In this document: positions 17,196-26,684 of the stretch, piece after piece | Position numbering within the stretch: position 1 is the first letter of the stretch | How the letters are laid out: every line of letters starts with the position of its first letter | Assembly: GCA_964451305.1 (NCBI GenBank) | Contig: CAYVHV010000017.1 | Coordinates: 2,977-66,976 of the forward strand | Origin: an uncultured Acidimicrobiales bacterium | GTDB lineage: Bacteria > Actinomycetota > Acidimicrobiia > Acidimicrobiales > SHLQ01 | Reading direction: 5' to 3' | Length of the DNA stretch: 64,000 nt | Made by a program: the position numbers and the translations under genes | The notes under the pieces: model-generated | The model's database searches: none | What the model was told of the DNA's origin: nothing | The model's input: the letters and a program-made list of their open reading frames with translations, nothing else

Positions 17196-19208
17196 ATGTT
17201 TGGATCACACTCCGCGGTCACGCCCGCACGCCCAACCACGCACACCGCCCTCGGTGCCGCCTACCGCAGGTTGCCTCGACGGCCACTGCCACTTCTCGCC
17301 TTCACGCTCGCTCTCGCAGCCCTCCTCGCCGCGACGGCGCTGGTCACGCGGCCAGCGCCAGCAGCGGCGGCGCGCGCGAGCCAAGTACTCGTTCGCGCTC
17401 ACGGCATCAGCGGGGCCGAACAACTCGCCCTAACCATCAACGGAGAGGAAGTCTCGCGGTGGACGGTCTCTCGCACCCCCGATGACTACATCTTTACGAC
17501 GAACACACCCATCGAAGTCGAGACCGTCGAGGTCTCCTTCCTCAACGACTTGGGAACGACGAGAGACCTCGTCGTGGATTACGTCGATGTCGGCGGAATC
17601 GTCCTCGAGTCCGATGCCGCATCGACGGTTTCCACGGGCACCTTCCTTCGCGGCGAGGGTTGTCGAGAGCGCGCCTCGGTTTCCGAGACGCTCCACTGCC
17701 GCGGTTCCTTTATCTACGAGGTACCGCAGACCATCGCTGACGATGTTCCAGACACGACGACTACCGCGGCCGAGACTGCGGAGGCAGCGGAGACTGAGCA
17801 ACAAGAGCAAACTCCGACTCCAATCGTCATCACTCCCGATCCCACCTCGACCCCAGCGTCGACCCAGATCGACGCTCGGGTTTTTGGCAGCACGGGCAGT
17901 GAGCGCATAGAGCTTCGAATAAACGGCGAAACGGTGCTTGCCACCACCATCGATCGCGGTTGGCAGATGGTGCAACACACGATGGCAACGGCGACCACGA
18001 TCACCGACGCAGAACTGCATTTCGTCAACGATGACGGCCCCCGTGATGTCCGAGTCGACTATCTCGACGTCGACGGTGCGCACTTCGAGTCAGAAGATCC
18101 AAGCACTAGAGCCGCTGGTCTCTGGATATCGGGTCGTTGCACGGCAGGGGCATCGAACTCGGAATGGCTCCGATGCAACGGGTCGTTTCGCTACGACGTC
18201 AACAACACCGCCGCGGTCATTGCCACCCCGGACGTCGAGACACAGAACCAACCAACGCCGGCGACCGGAGCCGTCACCACCACGCCGGTCGACGATGCTC
18301 CAGCCGATACCGCCGCCCCAACAACGGCCGCCCCAACAGAAGCGCCTCCCGTGACCACCGCACCCGAGCCAGAACCCGCCCCCGAACCAACTCGGTCGGT
18401 CGGATCGCCGTCGAACGGCGCTCGGTACAGCATTGCCGAAGTCATCGACGGAACGATCGGCGCTGGCGATGGCTCGAACCCCAACGAAGAATCGCCAATG
18501 GGCCGCCACGACGCACCGCTCGCCTTGAACCAAGGCTGGAACTGGGCACAGGGCCCAACCCGCAACTCGGTATGGGGCCAGCTCGGTACCGGAAACTCGC
18601 GCTTTGCCGAATTCCGTTGCGCCGTCATCCCCGAACTCGGCCACACCCCGTCGGTACCGTTCCGAATCAACGTTCGCGAAGCCGCCTACTACCAGTACGT
18701 CAACGGCGACTGGCAGAAAGGATTCGATGTTGATCTCACCGGCGGCAACCACGGTGGATACCTGGGAACCGCTGGAGGTTCGAATAACAATCCGTTTACC
18801 TCAGGCTCGCACGGGCTGATCGAGTGGCGCCGAGAAGCCGACGGCAGTTTCTCCGCACCGTGGAACCCATCAGCGCTCATGATGCACTTCTGGGCTGCCC
18901 AGCGCCAGGCTCCAGCACCGGGCCAAACCGCGGAGTTCCTCACCAGCGAAGTTCGCCTCCAGCAACCAGATGGCCAAACCGTCGACCTTTCACAAGTCCG
19001 AGTCCTGTTCCAATGCGGCATCGACTACTACAGCACGACGGGCGGACAAGGAACCCAGGTCCCTGGACCGGGTATTGCGAAGTACCACCGCGCGACCGAA
19101 GAGTGGAACCCTGGTCTGTGGGTCACGCTGCCCCGGAACGCTCCCGCAAACTCCGTTGCAGACTTTTCGAGCTGGCTGACCAACAACACGCCACCGAACG
19201 TCGGTTAG
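17196..19208 (+). CDS. Secreted protein with two tandem CBM60/CBM36-like Ca-dependent carbohydrate-binding modules, Pro/Thr/Ala linkers and an unassigned 270-aa C-terminal domain
   Basis: Signal/TM region LPLLAFTLALAALLAATALV. Repeat 1 (nt 17382-17723) reads ...RDLVVDYVDVGG...STGTF..GEGC...SETLHCRGSF. Repeat 2 (nt 17865-18200) reads ...RDVRVDYLDVDG...AAGLW.SGRC...SEWLRCNGSF. Confidence 0.7.
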   Translation: MFGSHSAVTPARPTTHTALGAAYRRLPRRPLPLLAFTLALAALLAATALVTRPAPAAAARASQVLVRAHGISGAEQLALTINGEEVSRWTVSRTPDDYIFTTNTPIEVETVEVSFLNDLGTTRDLVVDYVDVGGIVLESDAASTVSTGTFLRGEGCRERASVSETLHCRGSFIYEVPQTIADDVPDTTTTAAETAEAAETEQQEQTPTPIVITPDPTSTPASTQIDARVFGSTGSERIELRINGETVLATTIDRGWQMVQHTMATATTITDAELHFVNDDGPRDVRVDYLDVDGAHFESEDPSTRAAGLWISGRCTAGASNSEWLRCNGSFRYDVNNTAAVIATPDVETQNQPTPATGAVTTTPVDDAPADTAAPTTAAPTEAPPVTTAPEPEPAPEPTRSVGSPSNGARYSIAEVIDGTIGAGDGSNPNEESPMGRHDAPLALNQGWNWAQGPTRNSVWGQLGTGNSRFAEFRCAVIPELGHTPSVPFRINVREAAYYQYVNGDWQKGFDVDLTGGNHGGYLGTAGGSNNNPFTSGSHGLIEWRREADGSFSAPWNPSALMMHFWAAQRQAPAPGQTAEFLTSEVRLQQPDGQTVDLSQVRVLFQCGIDYYSTTGGQGTQVPGPGIAKYHRATEEWNPGLWVTLPRNAPANSVADFSSWLTNNTPPNVG

Positions 19209-19216
19209 CGGTTCCG

Positions 19217-19690
19217 CTACGCCTCGGGGTTTCCTGAGAGGATTCCCTGCAGGACAAGTGTTCCAAAGATCGCGAATATCAACGCCCCGATGACGATCAC
19301 GATTCGTTGGAACCGTGGCCGCCCCGAGCGGAGCGCTGGAAGATTGATCATGACGGCGGCGACACCCATGACTGCGCCAGCAATACCGAAGAGCAACGGA
19401 AGGACCATCGGGGCGATCCCCAATGCCAATTCAGCACCTGGGATTGTCGGGGTTGGCTCGTAGACCTCGTCATCGATGATCACCACCGGAAGGTCGAATC
19501 CCCCCGATCGTGCTTTGAGGGTCGCCGCGATTTCATCACCATCGTCGTCGTAGACCAGACGCTCCAAAGCGCTATCACCACGATCCGCTTGTTCGGTGCC
19601 TTGCATCAACTTTGGAAGGCCGATCAACGGCGCCTTGAGCCACAACGGGTCGTCGTCAAACCCTGGAACATCCAACGGGTAGTCAGCCAC
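19217..19690 (-). CDS. Hypothetical membrane protein (acidic N-terminal half, two C-terminal TM helices)
   Basis: 157 aa. C-terminal hydrophobic stretches LALGIAPMVLPLLFGIAGAVMGVAAVMI and IVIVIGALIFAIFGTLVLQGIL. Confidence 0.55.
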   Translation of the reverse strand: MADYPLDVPGFDDDPLWLKAPLIGLPKLMQGTEQADRGDSALERLVYDDDGDEIAATLKARSGGFDLPVVIIDDEVYEPTPTIPGAELALGIAPMVLPLLFGIAGAVMGVAAVMINLPALRSGRPRFQRIVIVIGALIFAIFGTLVLQGILSGNPEA

Positions 19691-19929
19691 GGGTCATCTC
19701 CTCGCAGCGTTCATAGCGGGGTTATTCATCCATCGGAGTGTAGACAACCGCCCGGTCGACGCAAGCCTGCACACATCGAGTTCCATGGTCCAAAAGACCA
19801 AATCAGGTCGAATTTTGCTTAATTAAGTTTTCGCAGCGCCGATTCGTAAAGGACGGGGAATTGAAACGTCGATCTCCCGAGCATGCGACGGGCGAGTGCT
19901 CGCCGCAGTAACGCGATGAGAGTGCAAAC

Positions 19930-21099
19930 ATGAGTGATCAACAAACCACAAGTGTTGCCGAAGCGGAACCGGTAACGACCCCAACCATCGACAGCGAAAT
20001 CGTCGCTGAGGTTTCATGGACGGTTGGCGGCCGTCCTCCCGAGGTTGTCCTGTCTTTCCAAGGGCTCGCAGAACCTGTCGGCCTATTCGAAGAACTGCGG
20101 GCGATCGGTTGGGTTGTCCCCAACATGCCCCCACGACCGGCGAACGCGATCGACTGGACCCCTGACCCGGTTGCTGGCACCGACTACACCGTGCTCCCAT
20201 GGACCGTCACAGAGTTCCGCCTCGACGAAGGTGCGTGGTCCGTCGATCCAGAACACGTCGGCACCCGCACACTCGATGCACTCCTCAACCACGGCGGCGA
20301 GATCGAAGGAACGAGCGATCAGATCACCGCTCACGCAGCCTCATACGCCGAACGTAAGCGCACGACGGCTCCAGCACCCGCTGCTGCAACGCCGGCCCCG
20401 GCCCCGGCCGCAGAACCAGCGCAAGTGCAGCCGCTCGCCCAGGTCGCAGGTATCGGCAATCCAGCAGCAGTCGCTGCTGCAGCCGCCGCCCGAGCAGCCA
20501 CACCGATCACCCCTCAGAGCGCTCCCGCCGCAGCCCCAGCACCAGCACCAGCAGCAGCGCCAACCCCGGACCCGGCTCCCGCTGCGGCAGCCCCAGCAGC
20601 CGAGTCAGAGACAACCGAAACACCGGTAACGAGCTTCCGCACGGTCATCCTTCTCGGATTCCCCGCCGACGGCGACCCACTCCCCGGCCATGGCACATGG
20701 GTTGGCATCACCGGCCGCAAAAAGGTCCAGTGCTCGTGGAACGAACACATTATTGCGGGCGACCAACCAATTCCCGGCCATCAGGAGATGGGAGCACACG
20801 TCGCGAACGGTGCGGCCGCATGGTACGCCGAGACCGACGCTCCACTCGCCGAAGTCGCGCCGAATGGCTATCGCATTGTTCGCCTGGTCCTACCCGACAT
20901 GTCGGTCAACGACGCAAAGGTTCGCCGTCTCCACAAGGTCTTGGGCAACAACCTCCAGGTTATGCAGCTTCGATCGCTCGTGGGAACAAACCAAAGCGCC
21001 GTGCTCGTGAGCGCAACCGTTGGAGCAAACTCCTTCGAGATGCTGAATGCGAACCTGTGCCTCCGGATGCCGACAGCGGTCGTCCGGGTCAACCCATAA
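19930..21099 (+). CDS. Hypothetical two-domain protein with a long Ala/Pro-rich linker
   Basis: 389 aa with protein-like N- and C-terminal domains separated by APAPAAATPAPAPAAEPAQ...APAAAPAPAPAAAPTPDPAPAAAAPAA. No family recognised. Confidence 0.55.
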   Translation: MSDQQTTSVAEAEPVTTPTIDSEIVAEVSWTVGGRPPEVVLSFQGLAEPVGLFEELRAIGWVVPNMPPRPANAIDWTPDPVAGTDYTVLPWTVTEFRLDEGAWSVDPEHVGTRTLDALLNHGGEIEGTSDQITAHAASYAERKRTTAPAPAAATPAPAPAAEPAQVQPLAQVAGIGNPAAVAAAAAARAATPITPQSAPAAAPAPAPAAAPTPDPAPAAAAPAAESETTETPVTSFRTVILLGFPADGDPLPGHGTWVGITGRKKVQCSWNEHIIAGDQPIPGHQEMGAHVANGAAAWYAETDAPLAEVAPNGYRIVRLVLPDMSVNDAKVRRLHKVLGNNLQVMQLRSLVGTNQSAVLVSATVGANSFEMLNANLCLRMPTAVVRVNP

Positions 21100-21157
21100 C
21101 GCCCCAGTTTCTCCGCCGACAGTGCGAGGCGTGTACACAGAACCATAGGCTTGCGCC

Positions 21158-22915
21158 ATGGCCACGACACGTGACGTCCTCGCAATGCTCAGCGAACTGG
21201 TTACCCTCACCGCTCTTCATGAGGGAAGCCCACAATCGTTCAAAGTCCGAGCGTACGAAAAGGCCGGTCTCGCGCTCCAGGGCGACGGCCGCGATATTAC
21301 GACCCTTTCCGCCGCCGAGCTCGTCAAAATTGATGGGGTCGGCAAAGCAACCGCAAGCAAGATCGTCGAGTTCACCACGACGGGAAACGTTGAGAAGCTC
21401 GATACCCTCCGTGAGCTTTACCCACCCGACTTTGTCGAGCTCAGTCGTATCCCGGGGGTTGGCCCGAAGACTCTGAAGCTCCTGCGTTCCCAACTCGGCG
21501 TCGAAAACGTCGATCAGCTGCGAGAAGCGATCGCCGAAGAGAAGCTACGGACGCTTCCCGGTCTTGGTGCAACCAGTGAAGCCAAGATCAACAAGGCGAT
21601 CGAGCGGTTAGGCCTCACCGGGAAAGATCGACGCACACCGATCGCCGATGCGCTCCCGCTCGCGGAGCGACTCGTCGACGACCTTCGGTCCCTTCCCGAA
21701 ACCGAGGCCGCTCGGTTCTGCGGAAGTCTCCGCCGAATGTCGGAGACCATCGGCGACATCGATATCACCGTGGCATCCAATGCTCCGGAACGAATCATGG
21801 ATTTCGTGACCTCGCACCACGAGGTTGCGGACATCGTGGTGAGCGGAAAGACAAAGACCTCGTTTCTCACCGCCGGTGGGCTCCAGATCGATGTTCGCGT
21901 CGTGGCACCCGAACAGTACGGCGCAGCAACCATGTATTTCACTGGATCGAAGGCGCACAACATTGCGCTCCGGCAACGAGCGCTCGATCGCCAAATGCTG
22001 TTAAACGAGTACGGCCTGATCGACACCAGCGATGAGGAGCTCGAGGGCGATGACCGACCGGTGATCGCCAGTCGAACCGAACACGAGATCTACGCAGCGC
22101 TCGACCTGCCATATGTGCCCGCGCCGATGCGTGAAGCCACTGGAGAAGTCGAGGCAGCCGCTGACGGCGCCCTTCCAGAGTTGATCGAGCGCTCGCACAT
22201 TCGCGGCGATCTGCACTACCACACGGACCGGTCTGGTGATGGGCGAAGCTCGGTCGAAGACATGGTCAAAGCCGCACACGACCAAGGCTATGACTACCTC
22301 GCCATCACCGACCATGGCGTGGATCTTGCGATCAACGGATCGACCGCCGAGGAGATGCTCGAGCACCGTGACCACATTGCCGAGGTCGCAGAGGCATACC
22401 CAGACATGACGCTTCTGTGGGGGTGTGAACTCAATATCGACAGCACCGGCGGACTCGACTACGACCCGGACTTTCGAGCGCTCTTCGACTACACGGTCGC
22501 GTCGGTCCACTCGCACTATGACCAGAGCGTCGCCGCTCAAACAGACCGTCTGATAGCGGCGATCGCCGACCCGACAGTCAATTCGATCGGGCACCTAACC
22601 GGCAGGTACATCGGCCGACGCCCCGGGATCGAACTCGACTATGACGCCGTCATCGATGCGCTCGTCGAGTACGACGTCGCGCTCGAGGTCAATGGCGCTC
22701 TTCAACGGCTCGACGCAGCGTCCGACGTGGTACGCAAGGCCGTCGACCGCTCGGTCAAGCTCGTCATCAATACCGATAGTCACCACACGTCGGAACTTGG
22801 ACGAATGGAATATGGGATCCGTACAGCCCAGCGCGGCTGGGCCCCCAAGGAGCTCGTGGTGAACTCGTGGGACAAAGCTACGTTCCTCAGCTGGGCGAAT
22901 AGTCGACGGCCCTAA
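21158..22915 (+). CDS. polX: Family X DNA polymerase with C-terminal PHP phosphoesterase domain
   Basis: N-terminal 8-kDa/HhH region FKVRAYEKAGLALQ...LVKIDGVGKATASKIVEF and RIPGVGPKTLKLL. PHP motifs GDLHYHTDRSGDG and ITDHG. Confidence 0.9.
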   Translation: MATTRDVLAMLSELVTLTALHEGSPQSFKVRAYEKAGLALQGDGRDITTLSAAELVKIDGVGKATASKIVEFTTTGNVEKLDTLRELYPPDFVELSRIPGVGPKTLKLLRSQLGVENVDQLREAIAEEKLRTLPGLGATSEAKINKAIERLGLTGKDRRTPIADALPLAERLVDDLRSLPETEAARFCGSLRRMSETIGDIDITVASNAPERIMDFVTSHHEVADIVVSGKTKTSFLTAGGLQIDVRVVAPEQYGAATMYFTGSKAHNIALRQRALDRQMLLNEYGLIDTSDEELEGDDRPVIASRTEHEIYAALDLPYVPAPMREATGEVEAAADGALPELIERSHIRGDLHYHTDRSGDGRSSVEDMVKAAHDQGYDYLAITDHGVDLAINGSTAEEMLEHRDHIAEVAEAYPDMTLLWGCELNIDSTGGLDYDPDFRALFDYTVASVHSHYDQSVAAQTDRLIAAIADPTVNSIGHLTGRYIGRRPGIELDYDAVIDALVEYDVALEVNGALQRLDAASDVVRKAVDRSVKLVINTDSHHTSELGRMEYGIRTAQRGWAPKELVVNSWDKATFLSWANSRRP

Positions 22916-22924
22916 GCGCTCGCT

Positions 22925-24538
22925 TTACGAACGAAGGATCGTTCGGACAAAGGCATCCAACGCACCGAGTGATGCACTCGTTGCATCCCGCTCACCGTTG
23001 ATGATGATCGAGAACACGGCGTCGCGTCCGCTATCTGTTGTTGCGTAGCCAGAGAGCGCCCGACCACCGAAGATCGTCCCGGTCTTGGCCTGCACCCGAC
23101 CAGCGTCGCCCCCAAATCGTCGACCGAGCGTGCCCGATACTCCGCCGATAGGAAGCTGCGATTCGAAGACGTCTGCGGTGTCGCTATCCCGGATCGCCCG
23201 AAGGATCTCTTGGAACTCGCGGGCCGACCGGAAATTCGACCGGCTCAGGCCCGATCCGTCGTCCATAACACCTGCGAGCGGTACACAGAGTTCGGCGAGT
23301 TCTCGTTCGATCTGAGCAATGCCGTCTTCGAGCGTTCCTTGGCCTTCGACCAACCCGAGCTGCAACGTCATCATGTCCGCGATTTGGTTATCGCTGAAGA
23401 GCATCATGTCGCGAACGAGCGTTCCGACAGGGGCCGACGCCGATGTCCCAACGATGGTCCCAGGTCGTGCGGAGCCAACCTCGACCGTCCCGATTGCAAT
23501 GCCGGCATTGCGAAGCGCTCCAGCGAACCATTCACCGTTCAGCAACGCAGGCGATTCGAGGAACTCATCGGAGGTGTTCCAGCGATTGTCGTCGAGCATC
23601 AGCCCCGACAGCGGACCGACAAAGTTCCGGATTTGCCAGCTCTGCCAACCGGGTGCAGCCGATGGTTGCGGGAAATCCGAAACGTCGATGATCAACCGTT
23701 CCGCAGACGTCACGCCAGCTGCCGCCACCTGTGCGACGAGTTCGTTCGCTCGCCCGGTGGTGAACGTTGGATCGCCTGCAGCACGCAGCACGAGATCGGC
23801 TCCGAGGAGTTCGACGGTCGTGTCGAGCGTGCTCGACGGATCGATCAATTCGTTCGCAGCATGGGCGACGAGGATCTTCTCATTGGACGCTGGCACGAGC
23901 GGGAGATCAGGATCGCGGGTCACGACCTCCCCCCAGCCATCGATCCACACGGAGACACCAACATCGAGGTCGGCGAAATCTGGATGACGGACCGCGGCCT
24001 CAAGCGCATCGACAACCCAGGTGGGAGCGTCGGTGAGACCACTGTGGCTGGGGGCAACACAGCCGTCTTGAAGCGTTCCCGCCTCACCGATGACGCCACC
24101 GACGATGCGATCGCCGAGATCGTTGGTCAACGCGACCGCTGCATCGACCTCGTCGCTCGCGTCTTCCAGATCTTCCTCGAACGCGTCGATTCGATCCGTA
24201 GCTTCACTACTGGTCGCTGTTTCTGCTGCATCGGCACTGGTAGTGCCCGTGTCGTCCGCGCCAGAGGTTTGTGGGGCGTCGGTGGAGAGCGTCGGGGTGC
24301 GATCGACTTCGGTCGGCTCACCGTTACCTTCATCGGCGTACGATGAGCCATTGGATGCGTCACCGGCACCATCGTCACCGGCAACATCGGCGAAACTCCC
24401 GGCATCCTCGCGAGTCGCCGAGCTCGAGAGAACCGCAGTTGCATTCGCATCGACCGGCGGCGCTGACGAGCACGCTGCGGCAATAAGCGCGAAGGCAAGC
24501 AGTAATACCACGCTGCGCATCAATTTAAACATACGCAC
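22925..24538 (-). CDS. dacB: D-alanyl-D-alanine carboxypeptidase/endopeptidase (PBP4, peptidase S13) lipoprotein with an acidic disordered N-terminal region
   Basis: Lipobox LIAAACSS. Motifs PASNEK (SxxK), SGLSRSN (SxN) and KTGTIFGGRALSGY (KTG). Confidence 0.85.
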   Translation of the reverse strand: MRMFKLMRSVVLLLAFALIAAACSSAPPVDANATAVLSSSATREDAGSFADVAGDDGAGDASNGSSYADEGNGEPTEVDRTPTLSTDAPQTSGADDTGTTSADAAETATSSEATDRIDAFEEDLEDASDEVDAAVALTNDLGDRIVGGVIGEAGTLQDGCVAPSHSGLTDAPTWVVDALEAAVRHPDFADLDVGVSVWIDGWGEVVTRDPDLPLVPASNEKILVAHAANELIDPSSTLDTTVELLGADLVLRAAGDPTFTTGRANELVAQVAAAGVTSAERLIIDVSDFPQPSAAPGWQSWQIRNFVGPLSGLMLDDNRWNTSDEFLESPALLNGEWFAGALRNAGIAIGTVEVGSARPGTIVGTSASAPVGTLVRDMMLFSDNQIADMMTLQLGLVEGQGTLEDGIAQIERELAELCVPLAGVMDDGSGLSRSNFRSAREFQEILRAIRDSDTADVFESQLPIGGVSGTLGRRFGGDAGRVQAKTGTIFGGRALSGYATTDSGRDAVFSIIINGERDATSASLGALDAFVRTILRS

Positions 24539-24636
24539 TCACTTTACGCGAGCCGCCGAGGTAGAGGTGAACCGGGGCACGGCAAAGGTACGTGCCCTTA
24601 TTCTCACTGCCATCTCTCACCTTCTACACTCTCGCC

Positions 24637-25068
24637 ATGACAAGCATTACCGCTGACCTCACCTCTGGAGCCCTCGTAGAGATACGCAATGGCCGGCACG
24701 TCTGGTACGCAGACGAACCGGTGGAACTCAATGGGACAGACAAGGGGCCGAACCCGTACGAGATGTTACTTGGCTCCCTCGCTGCGTGTACGTCCATAAC
24801 CCTGTCCTATTACGCCCAGCGCAAAGGGTGGCCACTCGAGTCGGTATCGGTGAAATACGACTATGAACGCGTGCACGCAGATGACTGCGAAGAGTGCGAC
24901 GTAGAAGAGACCGGATGGCTCGACGGTGTCCGAAGCACGATCTTCATCGAGGGCACCTTCGACGATGAGCAACGCCAGCGACTGACCGAAGTCGCACAGC
25001 GATGCCCGGTCCACAAAACGCTGGCCAACGGCATCACGTTTATCGACGAGCAGATAACCGCCGGGTAG
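24637..25068 (+). CDS. OsmC/Ohr-family peroxiredoxin-like protein
   Basis: GPNPYEMLLGSLAACTSITLSYYAQRKGW...AQRCPVHKTL (two conserved Cys regions). Start at Met16 of ORF 24592..25068. Confidence 0.8.
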   Translation: MTSITADLTSGALVEIRNGRHVWYADEPVELNGTDKGPNPYEMLLGSLAACTSITLSYYAQRKGWPLESVSVKYDYERVHADDCEECDVEETGWLDGVRSTIFIEGTFDDEQRQRLTEVAQRCPVHKTLANGITFIDEQITAG

Positions 25069-26061
25069 TTACGCAGCCGCGCCCATCAGGCGTGAGCTCA
25101 CATACTGCTGAATTTGCGGCCAGGTGGCGTCTTGGAAGTAATTCATCGGGAACCGAGAGAAGCGGTCACCCATCATTGGGATGAGCGACCCTGCGTGATC
25201 CCAGTTACCCATCAAATAGTGGAGGGTGAACCAGGCGCTCAACGCCATTGCTCCCTCTGGTGTGGAGGCGTCGAACGACACATCGGCATACGACTTGTGC
25301 GCCGCCTCCCCAATGATCTCCGACTTTCCGATCATCGCCGGCAACTGACGGATGTTGTCATGGCGAACGTTCGGCTTGATGTGGCTCTCGATGAGCGCTA
25401 CCGCAACCAGCGCATGGTTCGGCGACCCAGGTTTCGCAGTTTTGTTGATCCACTCGGCGTGTTCCCACATCTCCTCGTGAGATCCTGCCCATTTGCTTGA
25501 AATCAGCTGCTGGAAGGACATGTGGCCCGAGAGCAACTCGCCGCGCTCGATATGGCGCACGTAACGATCGTCCATCTCGAGGCGGTTGACGTGAAGTCCT
25601 CGTCCACTCGTAAGCAGCTGCTGCCACGGGATTGAGCTCTCCGGCATGAGTTCGGCAGCTGCATGAAGATCATTCTCGGCACGTTCGAGAAACCGATGAA
25701 ACTCGTCGATGACTTCGGCACTCACCTCATCGCTTCGCGCGCCGGAGCGAACATTCCACGCGGTCACGATGCTCGTGGCACCCCGAAGCAGCTGCGCTAC
25801 GCCAGTCCCGGTGCCGAGGGCAACCCACGGGTCATAAGACGACGGGTCGCCCGCCATATCGCTCGCGACCGAGACCATGTGCGCCTGATCGACGAGCGAG
25901 CCTCGTGCGAACGTGGCTTCTGCGTCTTCCCAGCGCTCGTCCAGGATGTCTTGGGAGAATCGGATCGCTTCAGCGTGACCGAGCGTCTTCGACGCATCGG
26001 GAATGCTTCGCTGACTCACTTCTTCGTGGTTTACCCGCCCACTTCGCTTGAGAAAGCCCAT
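25069..26061 (-). CDS. Hypothetical protein, helical-repeat-like (possibly DUF4034-like; not confirmed)
   Basis: 330-aa ORF with balanced composition and no competing gene. No motif recognised with confidence. Confidence 0.6.
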   Translation of the reverse strand: MGFLKRSGRVNHEEVSQRSIPDASKTLGHAEAIRFSQDILDERWEDAEATFARGSLVDQAHMVSVASDMAGDPSSYDPWVALGTGTGVAQLLRGATSIVTAWNVRSGARSDEVSAEVIDEFHRFLERAENDLHAAAELMPESSIPWQQLLTSGRGLHVNRLEMDDRYVRHIERGELLSGHMSFQQLISSKWAGSHEEMWEHAEWINKTAKPGSPNHALVAVALIESHIKPNVRHDNIRQLPAMIGKSEIIGEAAHKSYADVSFDASTPEGAMALSAWFTLHYLMGNWDHAGSLIPMMGDRFSRFPMNYFQDATWPQIQQYVSSRLMGAAA

Positions 26062-26159
26062 TCGACCCTTCCTGAATCTCCAGATGCGTACGCATCCGCT
26101 CTCCAGAATGGCTATCGGCTCATTCTTCCGATCCTTTTAGAGGCTTTTGACCACTTTTC

Positions 26160-26627
26160 TCACGCAGAGCGCTGAGAGTTCGCAACCACAGGCCTCGCGC
26201 TCCCTTGAATTGCGATAATCAGGTCGAGCGCCAACGCCCCAGCGGCCTGTGCATCGCCGGCCAATGCCGCATCGGTTACCGCTTTACGTTGGGCGGCTAG
26301 GTCGATGACGTCATCGAGGACCTGTTCGGCCACCACATCGAATTCGAACCACTTCTTCAGACCAGGCTCGCTCTTGGGGACACCACGAGGAACCCAAAGA
26401 TCGATCGAGCCGGTGAAATCAGCGACCGTCAGCGCGTCTCCATCGACACAGCGCAGGCCCTTGACGACCTTGGCGAACAACGTTCCAACAACCGGACCAT
26501 CTTTTCGAGCCTCATTGAAGGCAAGAACGGTCATCGAGGTATTGCAACGCGGACCTGCGTCGGGCTCCGTTGCTTCGTGTGAAAGGTCACCGTCGTGGCT
26601 CATCCCTCCGACAGTACGAGACCCCAC
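26160..26627 (-). CDS. Hypothetical protein (start uncertain; alternative Met9 or Met32)
   Basis: 155-aa ORF in an otherwise unoccupied interval, on the same strand as its neighbours. No family recognised. Confidence 0.45.
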   Translation of the reverse strand: MGSRTVGGMSHDGDLSHEATEPDAGPRCNTSMTVLAFNEARKDGPVVGTLFAKVVKGLRCVDGDALTVADFTGSIDLWVPRGVPKSEPGLKKWFEFDVVAEQVLDDVIDLAAQRKAVTDAALAGDAQAAGALALDLIIAIQGSARPVVANSQRSA

Positions 26628-26684
26628 TCCCCTACTTCATGGGGATTTTGACGCATTCGCGATACATCCGACGAACGAACTCCG

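Noticed and set aside
23210-24346. 378-aa plus-strand ORF and neighbouring ORFs opposite the PBP4 gene
   Set aside because: The minus-strand frame carries SxxK/SxN/KTG motifs. The plus-strand product is Arg-rich and motif-free.
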